IMG/VR virus record: IMGVR_UViG_3300023174_000104
Location: 1-64,000 of that record
DNA from: a virus
DNA length: 64,000 nucleotides
Direction: 5' to 3' (one strand)
A program made the translations under genes and the position numbers. Below are positions 11,118 through 21,239 of this stretch, piece after piece (position 1 is the stretch's first letter; each line of letters opens with the position of its first letter). A model generated the notes under the pieces. It had not been told where the DNA came from. It ran no database searches and was given only the letters and a program-made list of their open reading frames with translations.

Positions 11118-13562
11118 TTAAATTCCATCTTCTCTTCCGCCTTGATCAGCAGGTGGTCTAGTATTATTAATTATCCCATCCTCATTACTTTGACTGGATG
11201 CATTTGGTGAACTAGCATTAATATTGGTACCACCTTGATTGCCGGCTTGAGGATTTACTGACTGTACAGGTGGGTCTCCCATTAATCCGGTATCCGTATT
11301 ACCGGATTTAGTTATGTCACTTGTTTGTCTTTCTTTACCGATATTAGTATTAGGATCTGATGCAATAGCACGAGATGCATCTGGTTCCGTACTACCACGA
11401 TAATTATTAAACGTATTAATATTACATGTTAATTCTTGTGTAAATTTACCTTTAGAAAAAGTATGTTGTACTTCTCTGACATAATAACTAACACCTTTAA
11501 CTATATTTCGTATTTCTTTAGGGTAATTCCAAAATAATATAGATTCATTAATATCCATTACACCACTCTGATGGGTATCGCCGGCTTGATGGTTATAATC
11601 TATTGCTTCTTTAAAATCAATCTCTATAAACACTTGTCCACCATTTGGATTAATAGTAAAGCCTTTACCGTAAAATTGACGATATACACTATTAATACTA
11701 CTAGCTGATTCTGTCATTAAATAATCAGGATCACCTATAATAGTAAGTTTAACCATTGCATAATCGGCTGGACTAAACAAACTAGTTATTACACTATTTT
11801 GTGTTTGCTTACTTATATCTAGTAAACCAGTTTTATCTTCATTAACAAATTTGCCCGGACTACTTGGTACGTCATATCCACCTCCACTACTAGCAGTAGT
11901 AGCTCCGGGATTTATAGTAGCATTAAAGTATTGGTTATTCATAGTTTGTTCGTATGATATTATTTCTGAATTTTTTCCAGTATACCAATAATCATATCGT
12001 TTGTGAGGGCCGTAATATTTGGTAGTAGCATTTAAACTTTGACTTTTTACATAAGGAGTATCATATGGTTGAATAATATATGTAATTTCAAATGCAAAAT
12101 CTTTAATTGAATTATCAAACCCTAACACTTTAACTTCTGAGCTTAAGTTATACCATCTAAATGTTTTAGGTTTATCATTTTTCTTAACATCAGGGCTATT
12201 TGGTGTTTGGATTGGATCAACTTCATTAGCAAAGAGTGTAGTTAATGCGTTTGTCATATAATTACTTTGTGTAATAATATTTTGTATGCATTGCATTATG
12301 CTTCCACCATTTTTAAACTTAAGACTACGTTTGGTACTGTTAGGAAATGCTTTAAATACGGCATTTTCATTTACAGCTGCCAAATTTGGTATTCCTTCAC
12401 CCATTGGCCATTTAGTTTTATCCAAATCAGCTATGTTAACAATTGGTTGATTACCTATTAATTCTTTTGCTCCACCTACATAAGCTATTACATATTTTGT
12501 AGGTATACTTTCTTTTTTTGGATCTGCCTCTGCTAACTTTTGTTGCTCTTTGTTTAAGTGTAGAACTAAATCTTGCAGAGCATCATCTACTGTAGCACCT
12601 TGTACTTCTACATTTTTATCTACTCTTCCCCGTTTAACACCCATTGCTGTTCCCGGCCCAATTGGAACTGCTTCAATATTATAAACAGTTACTTTTCCGT
12701 CAAGCTTGAATTTAAAACTACTAATATAAATATCAAAAAATCTTTCAAATACACCACCGCCATCTGAATTAAAATTATCTTGAGGGAATGTATCTTTAGA
12801 TAGAACTTGACCCTTCTCATCATATCCTTGAAAACGTAAGCCTAGAATAAAAAATTGTCTAGTTGCATTAGACATCTTACTATAATTTTTTACTTTACTA
12901 ACGGATCTTAATTTGTTGGCAGCGTTTGTTAGTTTTGTTATTAAATTAAATCCATATGGTTCATATATATTAAAAGACATTCTCATCTCATTACTTGACG
13001 TACCAGTAGCTGGACCTTGTAATACATTTGTGATTTTTAAATCATCTATATAAAAATCTAAATTAAAAGCTCGTGAACCATCTGTGTTATTTGCTCCACC
13101 AGACTGTGCAATAATATATGCGCCAGATAAGTTATCAGCCGTATCAGCGGCTGCATTTGCATCCTTTGCATTTCTAATCGCATCAATTCTAGTTCTACCT
13201 GATTCAATAAAGGCTTTATATGCATCAGGTGTTATCATATATAATGAGGTTTGATATGTATAACTTGATAAGTTTGATAATGGATTTTTTATTCTTTGTC
13301 CTGGAAGATCGCCTGTTGAATACGCTATTTTATTTGGTGTATTATTAACTTGTCCTGCCTGAGTAGTTCCTGCATAACTCTGATTTTGAGTTTCCATTGG
13401 GTTACTATTTTCATTATATACCCCATTGGCGTTAGGAGGATTAATTTTATTTTCATTTTTTTTAGTTTCACTCCCACTATCTCCGTCAGCTTGGCCAACT
13501 AGGGTGTTTGAACTAGGAGTAGAAGATATTATCTCACCGTTATCCCCGTATATTATTGCCAT
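11118..13562 (-). CDS. Putative baseplate hub protein (gp27-like)
   Basis: Position between the gp53-like and gp5-like genes; C-terminal LTIIGDP...YYVREVQHTFSKGKFTQEL resembles hub/late-control-D proteins. Confidence 0.55.
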   Translation of the reverse strand: MAIIYGDNGEIISSTPSSNTLVGQADGDSGSETKKNENKINPPNANGVYNENSNPMETQNQSYAGTTQAGQVNNTPNKIAYSTGDLPGQRIKNPLSNLSSYTYQTSLYMITPDAYKAFIESGRTRIDAIRNAKDANAAADTADNLSGAYIIAQSGGANNTDGSRAFNLDFYIDDLKITNVLQGPATGTSSNEMRMSFNIYEPYGFNLITKLTNAANKLRSVSKVKNYSKMSNATRQFFILGLRFQGYDEKGQVLSKDTFPQDNFNSDGGGVFERFFDIYISSFKFKLDGKVTVYNIEAVPIGPGTAMGVKRGRVDKNVEVQGATVDDALQDLVLHLNKEQQKLAEADPKKESIPTKYVIAYVGGAKELIGNQPIVNIADLDKTKWPMGEGIPNLAAVNENAVFKAFPNSTKRSLKFKNGGSIMQCIQNIITQSNYMTNALTTLFANEVDPIQTPNSPDVKKNDKPKTFRWYNLSSEVKVLGFDNSIKDFAFEITYIIQPYDTPYVKSQSLNATTKYYGPHKRYDYWYTGKNSEIISYEQTMNNQYFNATINPGATTASSGGGYDVPSSPGKFVNEDKTGLLDISKQTQNSVITSLFSPADYAMVKLTIIGDPDYLMTESASSINSVYRQFYGKGFTINPNGGQVFIEIDFKEAIDYNHQAGDTHQSGVMDINESILFWNYPKEIRNIVKGVSYYVREVQHTFSKGKFTQELTCNINTFNNYRGSTEPDASRAIASDPNTNIGKERQTSDITKSGNTDTGLMGDPPVQSVNPQAGNQGGTNINASSPNASSQSNEDGIINNTRPPADQGGREDGI

Positions 13563-13874
13563 TTATAGTCCCAATAATTGTTTTAAGAAATCTGCCTTAG
13601 GTAAATATATACCCACACCTGTTACAAAATCAAAATAAGGATCTTTTAATCTGTTAGGATTTCTACTAGCAAATACCCACCATAATCTACTATCAGCATA
13701 TAAGTCAAATGCTAATAAGTCAGGACGATATTCATATACTGTTGTGATTTCCCAATAGATATCAGACTGTTGTTTTAATATAGGTCTGTCTACCATTACA
13801 TCTAAAAATTTACTATTAACTATGCCTGTAGCATAATATGGACTAGTTGCCGGATATATTGTATTATCTGCCAT
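13563..13874 (-). CDS. Baseplate wedge protein, gp53-like (LysM-type)
   Basis: YEYRPDLLAFDLYADSRLWWVF motif. Start moved to ATG 13874, which overlaps the upstream stop (TAATG) and has GGAGG upstream. Confidence 0.7.
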   Translation of the reverse strand: MADNTIYPATSPYYATGIVNSKFLDVMVDRPILKQQSDIYWEITTVYEYRPDLLAFDLYADSRLWWVFASRNPNRLKDPYFDFVTGVGIYLPKADFLKQLLGL

Positions 13875-15148
13875 TACCAAATTCCTCCACCACTTTTATT
13901 TTTATTACCTTGTAATAATGCTCCAGTTGCATAATCTTTTAAACTAAAGTTATTACTAATATCATTTCTAGTTACTATTGGATATGCTGTTATTGAAATA
14001 GTCATCTTAGTAGGCACATATGTTGGTTGTGCATTTGTATTTCTATTTCTCCATTTAGGATCACTTTGAATTGCACCAACATTTGGTGAGTTTGGACCCA
14101 CTTGTAATCTGCTTTCAGAGGGAGACATTTCACCACCTTTAGCATTATATGCAGTAGAATCAACACCAGGTAATAATGTAGGACTACCTGCACGTATATA
14201 GTCTACATCATTTGGTAGGCTATAATTAAACGTACTAATAACTAACGGATGCCTATCAAATTGAAAATCACCTAATCCACTCAAATAACACAATGGCGGA
14301 GGTGTTCCGGGTTTAGGTATTTGATCCTTACCATAAAACATTTTAGTAACTGACCTGAAAAAATGTATTACAGCTAACAGGTAATTTGCTTCATATGTAT
14401 CCTGTGCTGTGAAATCTCCAGTAATGGTAATTTGATCCACTGCACTATTTTTATATTGGATCATTTTATAATTACTATGTACAATATCTGATGATTCATA
14501 ATTGGCAGCATATGTAACTTGTATTTGAGGTAGATATGGGAAAACAACTCCCCTTGTGTTTTTTAAATATTCTAATATACCTGCATTAGTCGCATTATAT
14601 AAGTATGTTGAATTTGGTGCTAAACTAAGTCGTACACGCCAATCACCTTGTGTATTTGCATTCTCGGTATCTTGTGTAGTTTTTAATGATCTGGTTACAT
14701 TAGTAGGGCCCTGTAAGCCGGGTATTTGTGGGCCTTCATCAAGTCCGGTAGTGTCTATAGGATTTGGTATTTGTGGGCCTTCATCAAGTCCGGTAGTGTC
14801 AGTTATAATTTGTGTAGGTGTGTAATTTTCAATATTGCTATCACCAACCGGTTCATTATTAAGCAATACCTCAGGATCAATCTGGCGAGTAGTTGTAATT
14901 ATTATAGTATCTAGAGGTTCAGGTCCTGGCACTTGTAGTAATGTAGACAACTGTAGTTCAACTGCTTCTATTCGTGACACCAAAGGAATTACTTCAGTTT
15001 TGTTTATTACTCGGGCTTCTAATATGTCAGCCGGGCTAGGAATATAATCCGGAGTTTCATTACTTAATTTTTCAACCCTATCTTGGGCGGCCGCCAGCCT
15101 GGCTCTTAAATCTGCGAGTAGTAGTTCTAATTGTGCTTGTGACGCCAT
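13874..15148 (-). CDS. Putative baseplate tail-tube initiator/cap (gp48/gp54-like)
   Basis: GVVFPYLPQI...ITITGDFTAQ...HFFRSVTKMFYG...PPPLCYL resembles the tube-fold family; first gene of the baseplate operon. Confidence 0.55.
   Translation of the reverse strand: MASQAQLELLLADLRARLAAAQDRVEKLSNETPDYIPSPADILEARVINKTEVIPLVSRIEAVELQLSTLLQVPGPEPLDTIIITTTRQIDPEVLLNNEPVGDSNIENYTPTQIITDTTGLDEGPQIPNPIDTTGLDEGPQIPGLQGPTNVTRSLKTTQDTENANTQGDWRVRLSLAPNSTYLYNATNAGILEYLKNTRGVVFPYLPQIQVTYAANYESSDIVHSNYKMIQYKNSAVDQITITGDFTAQDTYEANYLLAVIHFFRSVTKMFYGKDQIPKPGTPPPLCYLSGLGDFQFDRHPLVISTFNYSLPNDVDYIRAGSPTLLPGVDSTAYNAKGGEMSPSESRLQVGPNSPNVGAIQSDPKWRNRNTNAQPTYVPTKMTISITAYPIVTRNDISNNFSLKDYATGALLQGNKNKSGGGIW
14721..14800. 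repeat. Two identical 35-bp copies with 45-bp period (encode DTTGLDEGPQIP)
   Basis: ggtatttgtgggccttcatcaagtccggtagtgtc at 14721-14755 and 14766-14800. Confidence 0.95.
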
Positions 15149-15221
15149 AATATGTTGTTATCCTTACACATATTTATCGCTAAATAAAAGTGCTAATTTT
15201 ACCCTTTTCTCTAAAAAACCG

Positions 15222-15250
15222 TTGCTTTTCTGCAACTATTGTGTTACACT
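15222..15250 (+). promoter_or_regulatory. Sigma70-type promoter for the gp55 gene
   Basis: TTGCTT-17 nt-TACACT with TG extended -10; AAGGA SD before ATG 15275. Confidence 0.55.
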
Positions 15251-15274
15251 AACACAAATCATAACAAGGAAACT

Positions 15275-16186
15275 ATGTCTCTATTACCCGCACCACGCAA
15301 ACCCGTAAACTATCTTAATAATAAAGATATTCTAAAAGAAATACACGAAAGTAAAAACGCATACTGCTGTTTCACTAAACCAGAATATCATCGTTATGAC
15401 TTTATTGTAGATATGCCCCAAGCTTCAATTGAGGATAGTCTAGCATATGCTTTTAAACCCGAAACTATTCAACAGGCAAAAGAAACTAGGGCACTACGTC
15501 TTAGCTTAGAACAAGGATCTAAAGATGCGATTAGCCCGGATTCAATAGAAATCACAGATTTAGTATTTCGTATAATGAATTGGGATCACGTTCCAGTTGC
15601 ACCAAAACAACCACGAAAAACAGTTAAAAAGAAAACAGCAAAGGACATCTTTGAATTTGAAGAACCAGATCCAGATGAAATCTTTGCTGACTTAGAAGAT
15701 ACAACTACTAAAGCTGAAGTGGATGATATGGTTCATGTTAAAGTTAACTTTCCCCCATTCCAACATTACAAAATTGATAGTAACAACACATTTTATTGCG
15801 TAGGCAAAAGTCATTGGGAAGGTGACTTAGAGACTGGTCATTTCAATAAAGAACATGGTAAAATCACAAACAAACTCGCCCGTATGTATATTATGATGTG
15901 CGAAAAATATGCAATGAAATATAATTGGCGTGGGTATACTTACCGAGATGAAATGCAAAATAGTGCAATACTTCAACTTACATACGTCGGTCTACGTTTC
16001 AATGAGGCTAAATCAGCTAACCCATTCGCTTATTATACTGCGGCAATTACTAATAGTTTCTGTCGTGTATTAAACACAGAAAAAAGAAATCAAAACATAC
16101 GTGATGACATTTTAGAAATTAACGGCTTAGCGCCTTCTTGGTCTAGGCAGGGAGGCACCAGCGGACAGAGTAGTTATGACGAATAA
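15275..16186 (+). CDS. gp55: Late-transcription sigma factor, T4 gp55-like
   Basis: NYLNNKDILKEI at the N-terminus and NWRGYTYRDEM...FNEAKSANPFAYYT gp55 core motifs. ATG 15275 has an AAGGA SD. Confidence 0.85.
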   Translation: MSLLPAPRKPVNYLNNKDILKEIHESKNAYCCFTKPEYHRYDFIVDMPQASIEDSLAYAFKPETIQQAKETRALRLSLEQGSKDAISPDSIEITDLVFRIMNWDHVPVAPKQPRKTVKKKTAKDIFEFEEPDPDEIFADLEDTTTKAEVDDMVHVKVNFPPFQHYKIDSNNTFYCVGKSHWEGDLETGHFNKEHGKITNKLARMYIMMCEKYAMKYNWRGYTYRDEMQNSAILQLTYVGLRFNEAKSANPFAYYTAAITNSFCRVLNTEKRNQNIRDDILEINGLAPSWSRQGGTSGQSSYDE

Positions 16187-16758
16187 AGCATTCTCCAACC
16201 TCTATATGTTGGAAATATTCCTCGTACTAGTCTACTAACAGCACCTCTATCATATCCATATTTTGATGCAAAATCATATTGTGTTGTTTCTATAACTTCC
16301 CCTGTTTTTATATTTTCAAATTGACGCAAGGTAGGTATAAATCTACTATTTTCTTTTCCTTTATTTTTATCTGTAAATGGATTTATATAATCAGGTTTAG
16401 ATATTCTATCTTTAGTATGGCTTGAACCATCTTTGCGTTTTTGCCATGGATGTTTTCCTTTCTCTATTCTTTTTTTATGATTAAGTTTAGCAATCTCAGA
16501 GATTTCCTCGCCGGACCATTTCATTTTTGCCGCTATTCTAAGGCATGCGGCAAAATCTCCTTGACTATAGTGAATGTCATAATGAGCCTGTATAGTGATG
16601 GCTATAAGATTTTCAGGATTATTGTTATGACTGTTTCCATCTACGTGGTGGATTTCGTATTTTCGTCCATCCAGTTCTTTTGGAATGAGTCCATGGTGTT
16701 GTTCATATATTTTACGATAGTTAACCTTGGTCCGTCTTTGTTTATTATAAATAGTCAT
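16174..16758 (-). CDS. Free-standing HNH homing endonuclease (family A) with C-terminal HTH-like domain
   Basis: YRKIYEQHHG...YEIHHVDGNSHNNNPENL...HYDIH. Start reassigned to ATG 16758 (AAGGAG SD). Confidence 0.85.
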   Translation of the reverse strand: MTIYNKQRRTKVNYRKIYEQHHGLIPKELDGRKYEIHHVDGNSHNNNPENLIAITIQAHYDIHYSQGDFAACLRIAAKMKWSGEEISEIAKLNHKKRIEKGKHPWQKRKDGSSHTKDRISKPDYINPFTDKNKGKENSRFIPTLRQFENIKTGEVIETTQYDFASKYGYDRGAVSRLVRGIFPTYRGWRMLYSS

Positions 16759-16824
16759 GCTGATTGCTCCTTCAAGCGTTAGAGTAGTTGGGCATTCCAC
16801 TGCCGCGAACTACACTATTATTTA
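16748..16824. promoter_or_regulatory. Conserved endonuclease leader element, copy 1, flanked by convergent TAAATA motifs
   Basis: Minus strand: TAAATA-N5-GTAGTTCGCGGCAGTGGAATGCCCAACTACTCTAACGCTTGAAGGAGCAATCAGC-ATG. Plus-strand TAAATA at 16748-16753. Confidence 0.85.
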
Positions 16825-16846
16825 TCACAACAGGGTAAATTACTTC

Positions 16847-16875
16847 TTTACTTCCATCATCAAATAAGTTAAACT
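16847..16875 (+). promoter_or_regulatory. Sigma70/T4-early-like promoter for gp47
   Basis: TTTACT-17 nt-TAAACT; the gp47 ATG is 7 nt downstream with no SD. Confidence 0.45.
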
Positions 16876-16882
16876 AGCATCT

Positions 16883-17896
16883 ATGTCAAATCTATTCAAA
16901 AAAGCGGCAGTAATGACTGACCTTCACATTGGTTTAAAATCAAATAGTATAGTTCACAATGAGGACTGTTTAAATTTTGTTAAATGGTTTATAGCAAAGG
17001 CAAAAGATGAAGGATGTGATACTGCAATTATATGTGGTGATTGGCATAATCACCGAGCTAGTATTAATATACATAGTCTACATTACTCTATGCAATGTTT
17101 AGAACTATTAAATGCTAGTTTTAATCAAGTATTCTTTTTAACAGGAAACCATGATCTATACTATAGAGAAAAGCGTGATATTCATAGTGTATTATGGGCA
17201 GGATATCTTCCAAATGTTCATGTTATTAATGACATTTTTACTGAAGGCGATGTGACTATTTGTCCATGGTTAGTAGGTGACGAGGCAAAACAAGTTAAAA
17301 AAATAAAATCCAAATATACATTTGGTCATTTTGAACTTCCCAATTTTTATATGAATGCACAAATATTAATGCCCGATCACGGAGACATTAATATGGACGA
17401 CTTTTCAAATACAGATTTGGTATTCAGTGGTCATTTCCATAAACGTCAAAGCAAAAAGAACGTATGGTATATTGGTAATGCTTTCCCACATAACTATGCT
17501 GACGCAGGTGATGATGCACGTGGTATGATGATACTAGAATGGGGTGAAGAACCTGTATTTCATAGTTGGCCACGTCAACCATTATATCGTGTGTATAAAC
17601 TAAGTGATGTACTAGAAAACCCTCAAGGCTTGCTATTGATTGACAGTCATGTTAGAGTACATCTTGATATTGATATTAGCTATGAAGAAGCAAACTTCAT
17701 ACGTGAAAGTTTTATACCAGAACATAAACTACGTGAGATGGCATTGATTCCCATTAAAGCAGAACAAACAGAGATAGCTGGTTCAGATGGACTTAAGTTT
17801 GAATCAGTTGACCAAATCGTCATTGACCAAATAAATTCTATTGAATCAAATACTTTTGACAAAAAACTATTGTTGGACATTTATAATAACATATGA
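16883..17896 (+). CDS. gp47: Recombination endonuclease subunit (Mre11/SbcD-like)
   Basis: Metallophosphoesterase motifs TDLH, GDWH, GNHD, GHFE, SGHFH; coupled to gp46. Confidence 0.9.
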   Translation: MSNLFKKAAVMTDLHIGLKSNSIVHNEDCLNFVKWFIAKAKDEGCDTAIICGDWHNHRASINIHSLHYSMQCLELLNASFNQVFFLTGNHDLYYREKRDIHSVLWAGYLPNVHVINDIFTEGDVTICPWLVGDEAKQVKKIKSKYTFGHFELPNFYMNAQILMPDHGDINMDDFSNTDLVFSGHFHKRQSKKNVWYIGNAFPHNYADAGDDARGMMILEWGEEPVFHSWPRQPLYRVYKLSDVLENPQGLLLIDSHVRVHLDIDISYEEANFIRESFIPEHKLREMALIPIKAEQTEIAGSDGLKFESVDQIVIDQINSIESNTFDKKLLLDIYNNI

Positions 17897-19968
17897 GCAT
17901 TACCCTAAAGAATATTACCCTTCGCAACTTCCTTTCAATTGGACAAATTACACAAGCTGTTAGTTTTGATAGACAAGACCTAACACTTATTCTAGGTGAG
18001 AACTTAGACTTAGGTGGTGATGGTGCTCGTAATGGTACAGGTAAAACTACCCTGATTCAGGGTCTCTCCTACGCCTTGTTTGGTATACCAATCAATAGCA
18101 TTCGTAAAGATAACTTAGTTAATCGTACAAATGGTAAAGCTATGATGGTTACACTAGAGTTTAACGTTGATGGCATTGATTATAAGATTGAACGTGGTCG
18201 TAAGCCAAACATTCTTAAGTTCTATGTAAACAACGATTTACAGAAAAACACGGACGATGCACAGGGTGAGAACAAAGAAACACAACAAGCTATTGAACGT
18301 GTGATTCATATGAGTGCCGATATGTTCAAACATATCGTTGCATTGAACACATATTCTGAACCATTCTTGGCACTAAAAACTAATGACCAACGTGATATCA
18401 TTGAGCAATTGCTTGGTATTACTTTGTTATCAGAAAAAGCTGAGGTCATTAAGAACATGATCCGTGATAGTAAAGATGGTATACAAGCTGAAGAATATCG
18501 TGTTAAGGGCATTGAAGAAGCTAACAAACGTGTAGCTGAACAGATTGAAGCACTAAAGCGTAGACAGAAATTATGGGTAGCAAAACATAATGAAGATTTA
18601 GATAAACTAGTACATGAGTATGATGATTTGTCCAAAATTGATATTGATCATGAGTTACTAAAACATAAAGAGTTACTAGTTTGGAACAAACAAAAACAAG
18701 ACCAAGATACTTACAATGCATTGGTTGCTCGTTCAACTGCTTGGCAACAAAAGCATGATACAGATGTTTCAATAGCACATAAGGCTTACTCACTTAAAAA
18801 TGAGTATGATATTGAAGCTGAACTTAAAGCTTGGACTGATTTAAAAGAATGGCTACATGATGAATCTGAACAAAAGTCTATTGCTACTAACATTGATACC
18901 CTAACCAAAAGTATCACAAAAGAAAAAAAATTAATTGATAAATTGGTTCGGGAAGTTAAAGAGTTAGAGGATCACAAGTGTTATGCTTGTGGTCAAGACT
19001 TCCATGATGATAAACATTTAGAGGTCACATTAGAAAAAACTACTCTACTTGAGAACGCACGTGCTGAATTAGTTCATTTTGAGACACAATTATCAATCAA
19101 TGAATCATTAGTTAGTGTGTTAGGACCTAAGCCTACACCCTCATACAAGACAGAAGCGGAAGCCATTCGTCATAGTGGTGATGTGTCTAACTTAAAGAAA
19201 GTTTGGGAAGATAAGAAACAAGAATCTAATCCATTTAGTGAACAACTAAATGAATTGACTCCTATAGTTTTAGGTGCTCAACCTGTCACTCATTACGACA
19301 CAGAAGCAGAAGCCATTGAACATCGTAGTAAAGTTAATACATTAATGACACAGATAGCTACAAAAGGTGCTGAGAGTGATCCATATGCTGAACAGGTAGT
19401 AGAGATGGAAAGTAATGCATTACAAGCTATTGATTTTGAAGCTATCAATAAATTAACAAGAACAATGGAACATCAGAAGTTCTTGTTAGATTTGTTAGTT
19501 AGTAAAGATAGTTTTGTTCGTAAAAAGATTATTGACCAGAACTTAAGTTACTTGAATGCACGATTGACACATTACTTAGATAAGATTGGTTTACCCCATC
19601 AGGTTATATTCCAGAACGATTTACAAGTTGAGATTACTGAACTCGGGCGTGAACTTGACTTTGATAACTTAAGTCGTGGTGAACGTAACCGTTTGATTCT
19701 TGGCTTGAGTTTTGCGTTTAGAGATGTATGGGAAAGTTTATATCGCCCAATCAATACATTGTTTATTGATGAGTTGATTGATAGCGGTCTTGACACAATG
19801 GGTGTTGAGAATGCTATTGCGATTCTTAAAGACATGAGCCGACGCAGACAGAAAAGTATTTGGCTTGTAAGTCACCGTGAAGAATTAGCTGGGCGTGTGC
19901 CTAGTGTTCTTAAAGTAATTAAAGAAGGTGGTTTTACCTCATATTCAACTACAACTGATATTATGTAA
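17893..19968 (+). CDS. gp46: Recombination ATPase subunit (Rad50/SbcC-like)
   Basis: Walker A NGTGKT, zinc hook CYACG, signature LSRGE, Walker B FIDE, H-loop VSH. Confidence 0.92.
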   Translation: MSITLKNITLRNFLSIGQITQAVSFDRQDLTLILGENLDLGGDGARNGTGKTTLIQGLSYALFGIPINSIRKDNLVNRTNGKAMMVTLEFNVDGIDYKIERGRKPNILKFYVNNDLQKNTDDAQGENKETQQAIERVIHMSADMFKHIVALNTYSEPFLALKTNDQRDIIEQLLGITLLSEKAEVIKNMIRDSKDGIQAEEYRVKGIEEANKRVAEQIEALKRRQKLWVAKHNEDLDKLVHEYDDLSKIDIDHELLKHKELLVWNKQKQDQDTYNALVARSTAWQQKHDTDVSIAHKAYSLKNEYDIEAELKAWTDLKEWLHDESEQKSIATNIDTLTKSITKEKKLIDKLVREVKELEDHKCYACGQDFHDDKHLEVTLEKTTLLENARAELVHFETQLSINESLVSVLGPKPTPSYKTEAEAIRHSGDVSNLKKVWEDKKQESNPFSEQLNELTPIVLGAQPVTHYDTEAEAIEHRSKVNTLMTQIATKGAESDPYAEQVVEMESNALQAIDFEAINKLTRTMEHQKFLLDLLVSKDSFVRKKIIDQNLSYLNARLTHYLDKIGLPHQVIFQNDLQVEITELGRELDFDNLSRGERNRLILGLSFAFRDVWESLYRPINTLFIDELIDSGLDTMGVENAIAILKDMSRRRQKSIWLVSHREELAGRVPSVLKVIKEGGFTSYSTTTDIM

Positions 19969-20016
19969 TTTTTCAAAAGTTTGATAAATAAGAAGTGAAT
20001 TCAATAAGGAGAACTT

Positions 20017-20667
20017 ATGTTTATCAATAACGAAGCTTATAATAGATATTATGAAATTATTGCGAAGGCAGAATCAATATGTCCCCGCAATATAAAAAAG
20101 ACAGAAGCTATGAAAATCAGGGGTTATATTGAAGATCATCATATCATACCTAAATGTTTAGGCGGTGCTGATGTTCTTGCTAATAAAGTTTGGTTGACAG
20201 CCGAAGAGCATTTTATGTGTCACAAATTATTAACTGAAATGACTGTAGATAATTCTAATGGTAAAATGTGGAGTGCATTATGGCGAATGATGAATAAGCA
20301 AAGCAAAAATCAAGATCGTGATTACCTCATTGATGCAAAGGAATATGCTATAGCTAGAGAACAAAACGCAAAAAATCATAGCATTAGAATGAGGGGTGAG
20401 TTAAATCCATTTCATAACAAAAAGCATACTTCTACAACAAAAGAAACAATGTCGGCTAAGAAAAAAGGAAAATCATATGAAGAAATTTTTGGAGCAGATA
20501 AAGCAAAAGAAATGAAAGAACGCAGAAGCACAGAGGGGCTCGGTAAGTTAAAAGGGCCGCAAAAGAAAATAGAGTGTCAACATTGTGGGGCCGTAGGTGG
20601 TTTTGGTATAATGAAGCGATGGCACGGTGACAAATGTAAATTTATCGGCACCAATCATACAGCATAA
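20017..20667 (+). CDS. Free-standing HNH homing endonuclease (family B, MobE-like) with NUMOD3-like and C-terminal Zn motif
   Basis: EDHHIIPKCLGG...LTAEEHFMCHKLL, NPFHNKKHT, CQHC...RWHGDKC. TAAATA and AAGGAG upstream. Confidence 0.85.
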   Translation: MFINNEAYNRYYEIIAKAESICPRNIKKTEAMKIRGYIEDHHIIPKCLGGADVLANKVWLTAEEHFMCHKLLTEMTVDNSNGKMWSALWRMMNKQSKNQDRDYLIDAKEYAIAREQNAKNHSIRMRGELNPFHNKKHTSTTKETMSAKKKGKSYEEIFGADKAKEMKERRSTEGLGKLKGPQKKIECQHCGAVGGFGIMKRWHGDKCKFIGTNHTA

Positions 20668-20675
20668 GTATTAAC

Positions 20676-21230
20676 ATGACATCACCACAGAAAGCTAAAG
20701 GATCAGGATTTGAGAGAGAAGTTGCAAAGTTTCTTTCTGACCTATATGGCGAAAGCTTTATACGAGCACCTGGTTCCGGAGCTTACATTGGTGGTAAAAA
20801 TCAGCATAGAACAGCAGTATTACATGAAGGACAAGTACGTTCTTTCAAAGGTGATATTGTACCCGGTCAGAGTTTCAGTAAGATGAACATTGAATGTAAG
20901 TTTTATGCAGATTTTCCTTTTCACTTACTACTTTCAGGTGACTGTAAAGTAATAAATACATGGATTGAACAATTAATGGATGTTGCCGAAGCCGGCGATG
21001 TAAATTTATTGTTTATGAAGTTTAATAGAAAAGGTCGTTATGTTGCCGTGCAATGCGGCTCAACATGGATAACAGACAATTTTGTCTATTATTCGTCAAG
21101 CAAGTTTGGCGATTGGCTAATCGTTGAATTTGATGACTTTTTTCAACACAACAGTACATTATTAAAAACCTATTCGGCAACACCAGACACCACGTCAAAT
21201 CAAACTGTTATTAATATCCCAACAACATAA
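20676..21230 (+). CDS. Holliday junction resolvase-like PD-(D/E)XK nuclease (Hjc-like)
   Basis: KAKGSGFEREVA...RAPGSGA...GDIV...IECK motif order. Confidence 0.75.
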   Translation: MTSPQKAKGSGFEREVAKFLSDLYGESFIRAPGSGAYIGGKNQHRTAVLHEGQVRSFKGDIVPGQSFSKMNIECKFYADFPFHLLLSGDCKVINTWIEQLMDVAEAGDVNLLFMKFNRKGRYVAVQCGSTWITDNFVYYSSSKFGDWLIVEFDDFFQHNSTLLKTYSATPDTTSNQTVINIPTT

Positions 21231-21239
21231 TAAAATAAA

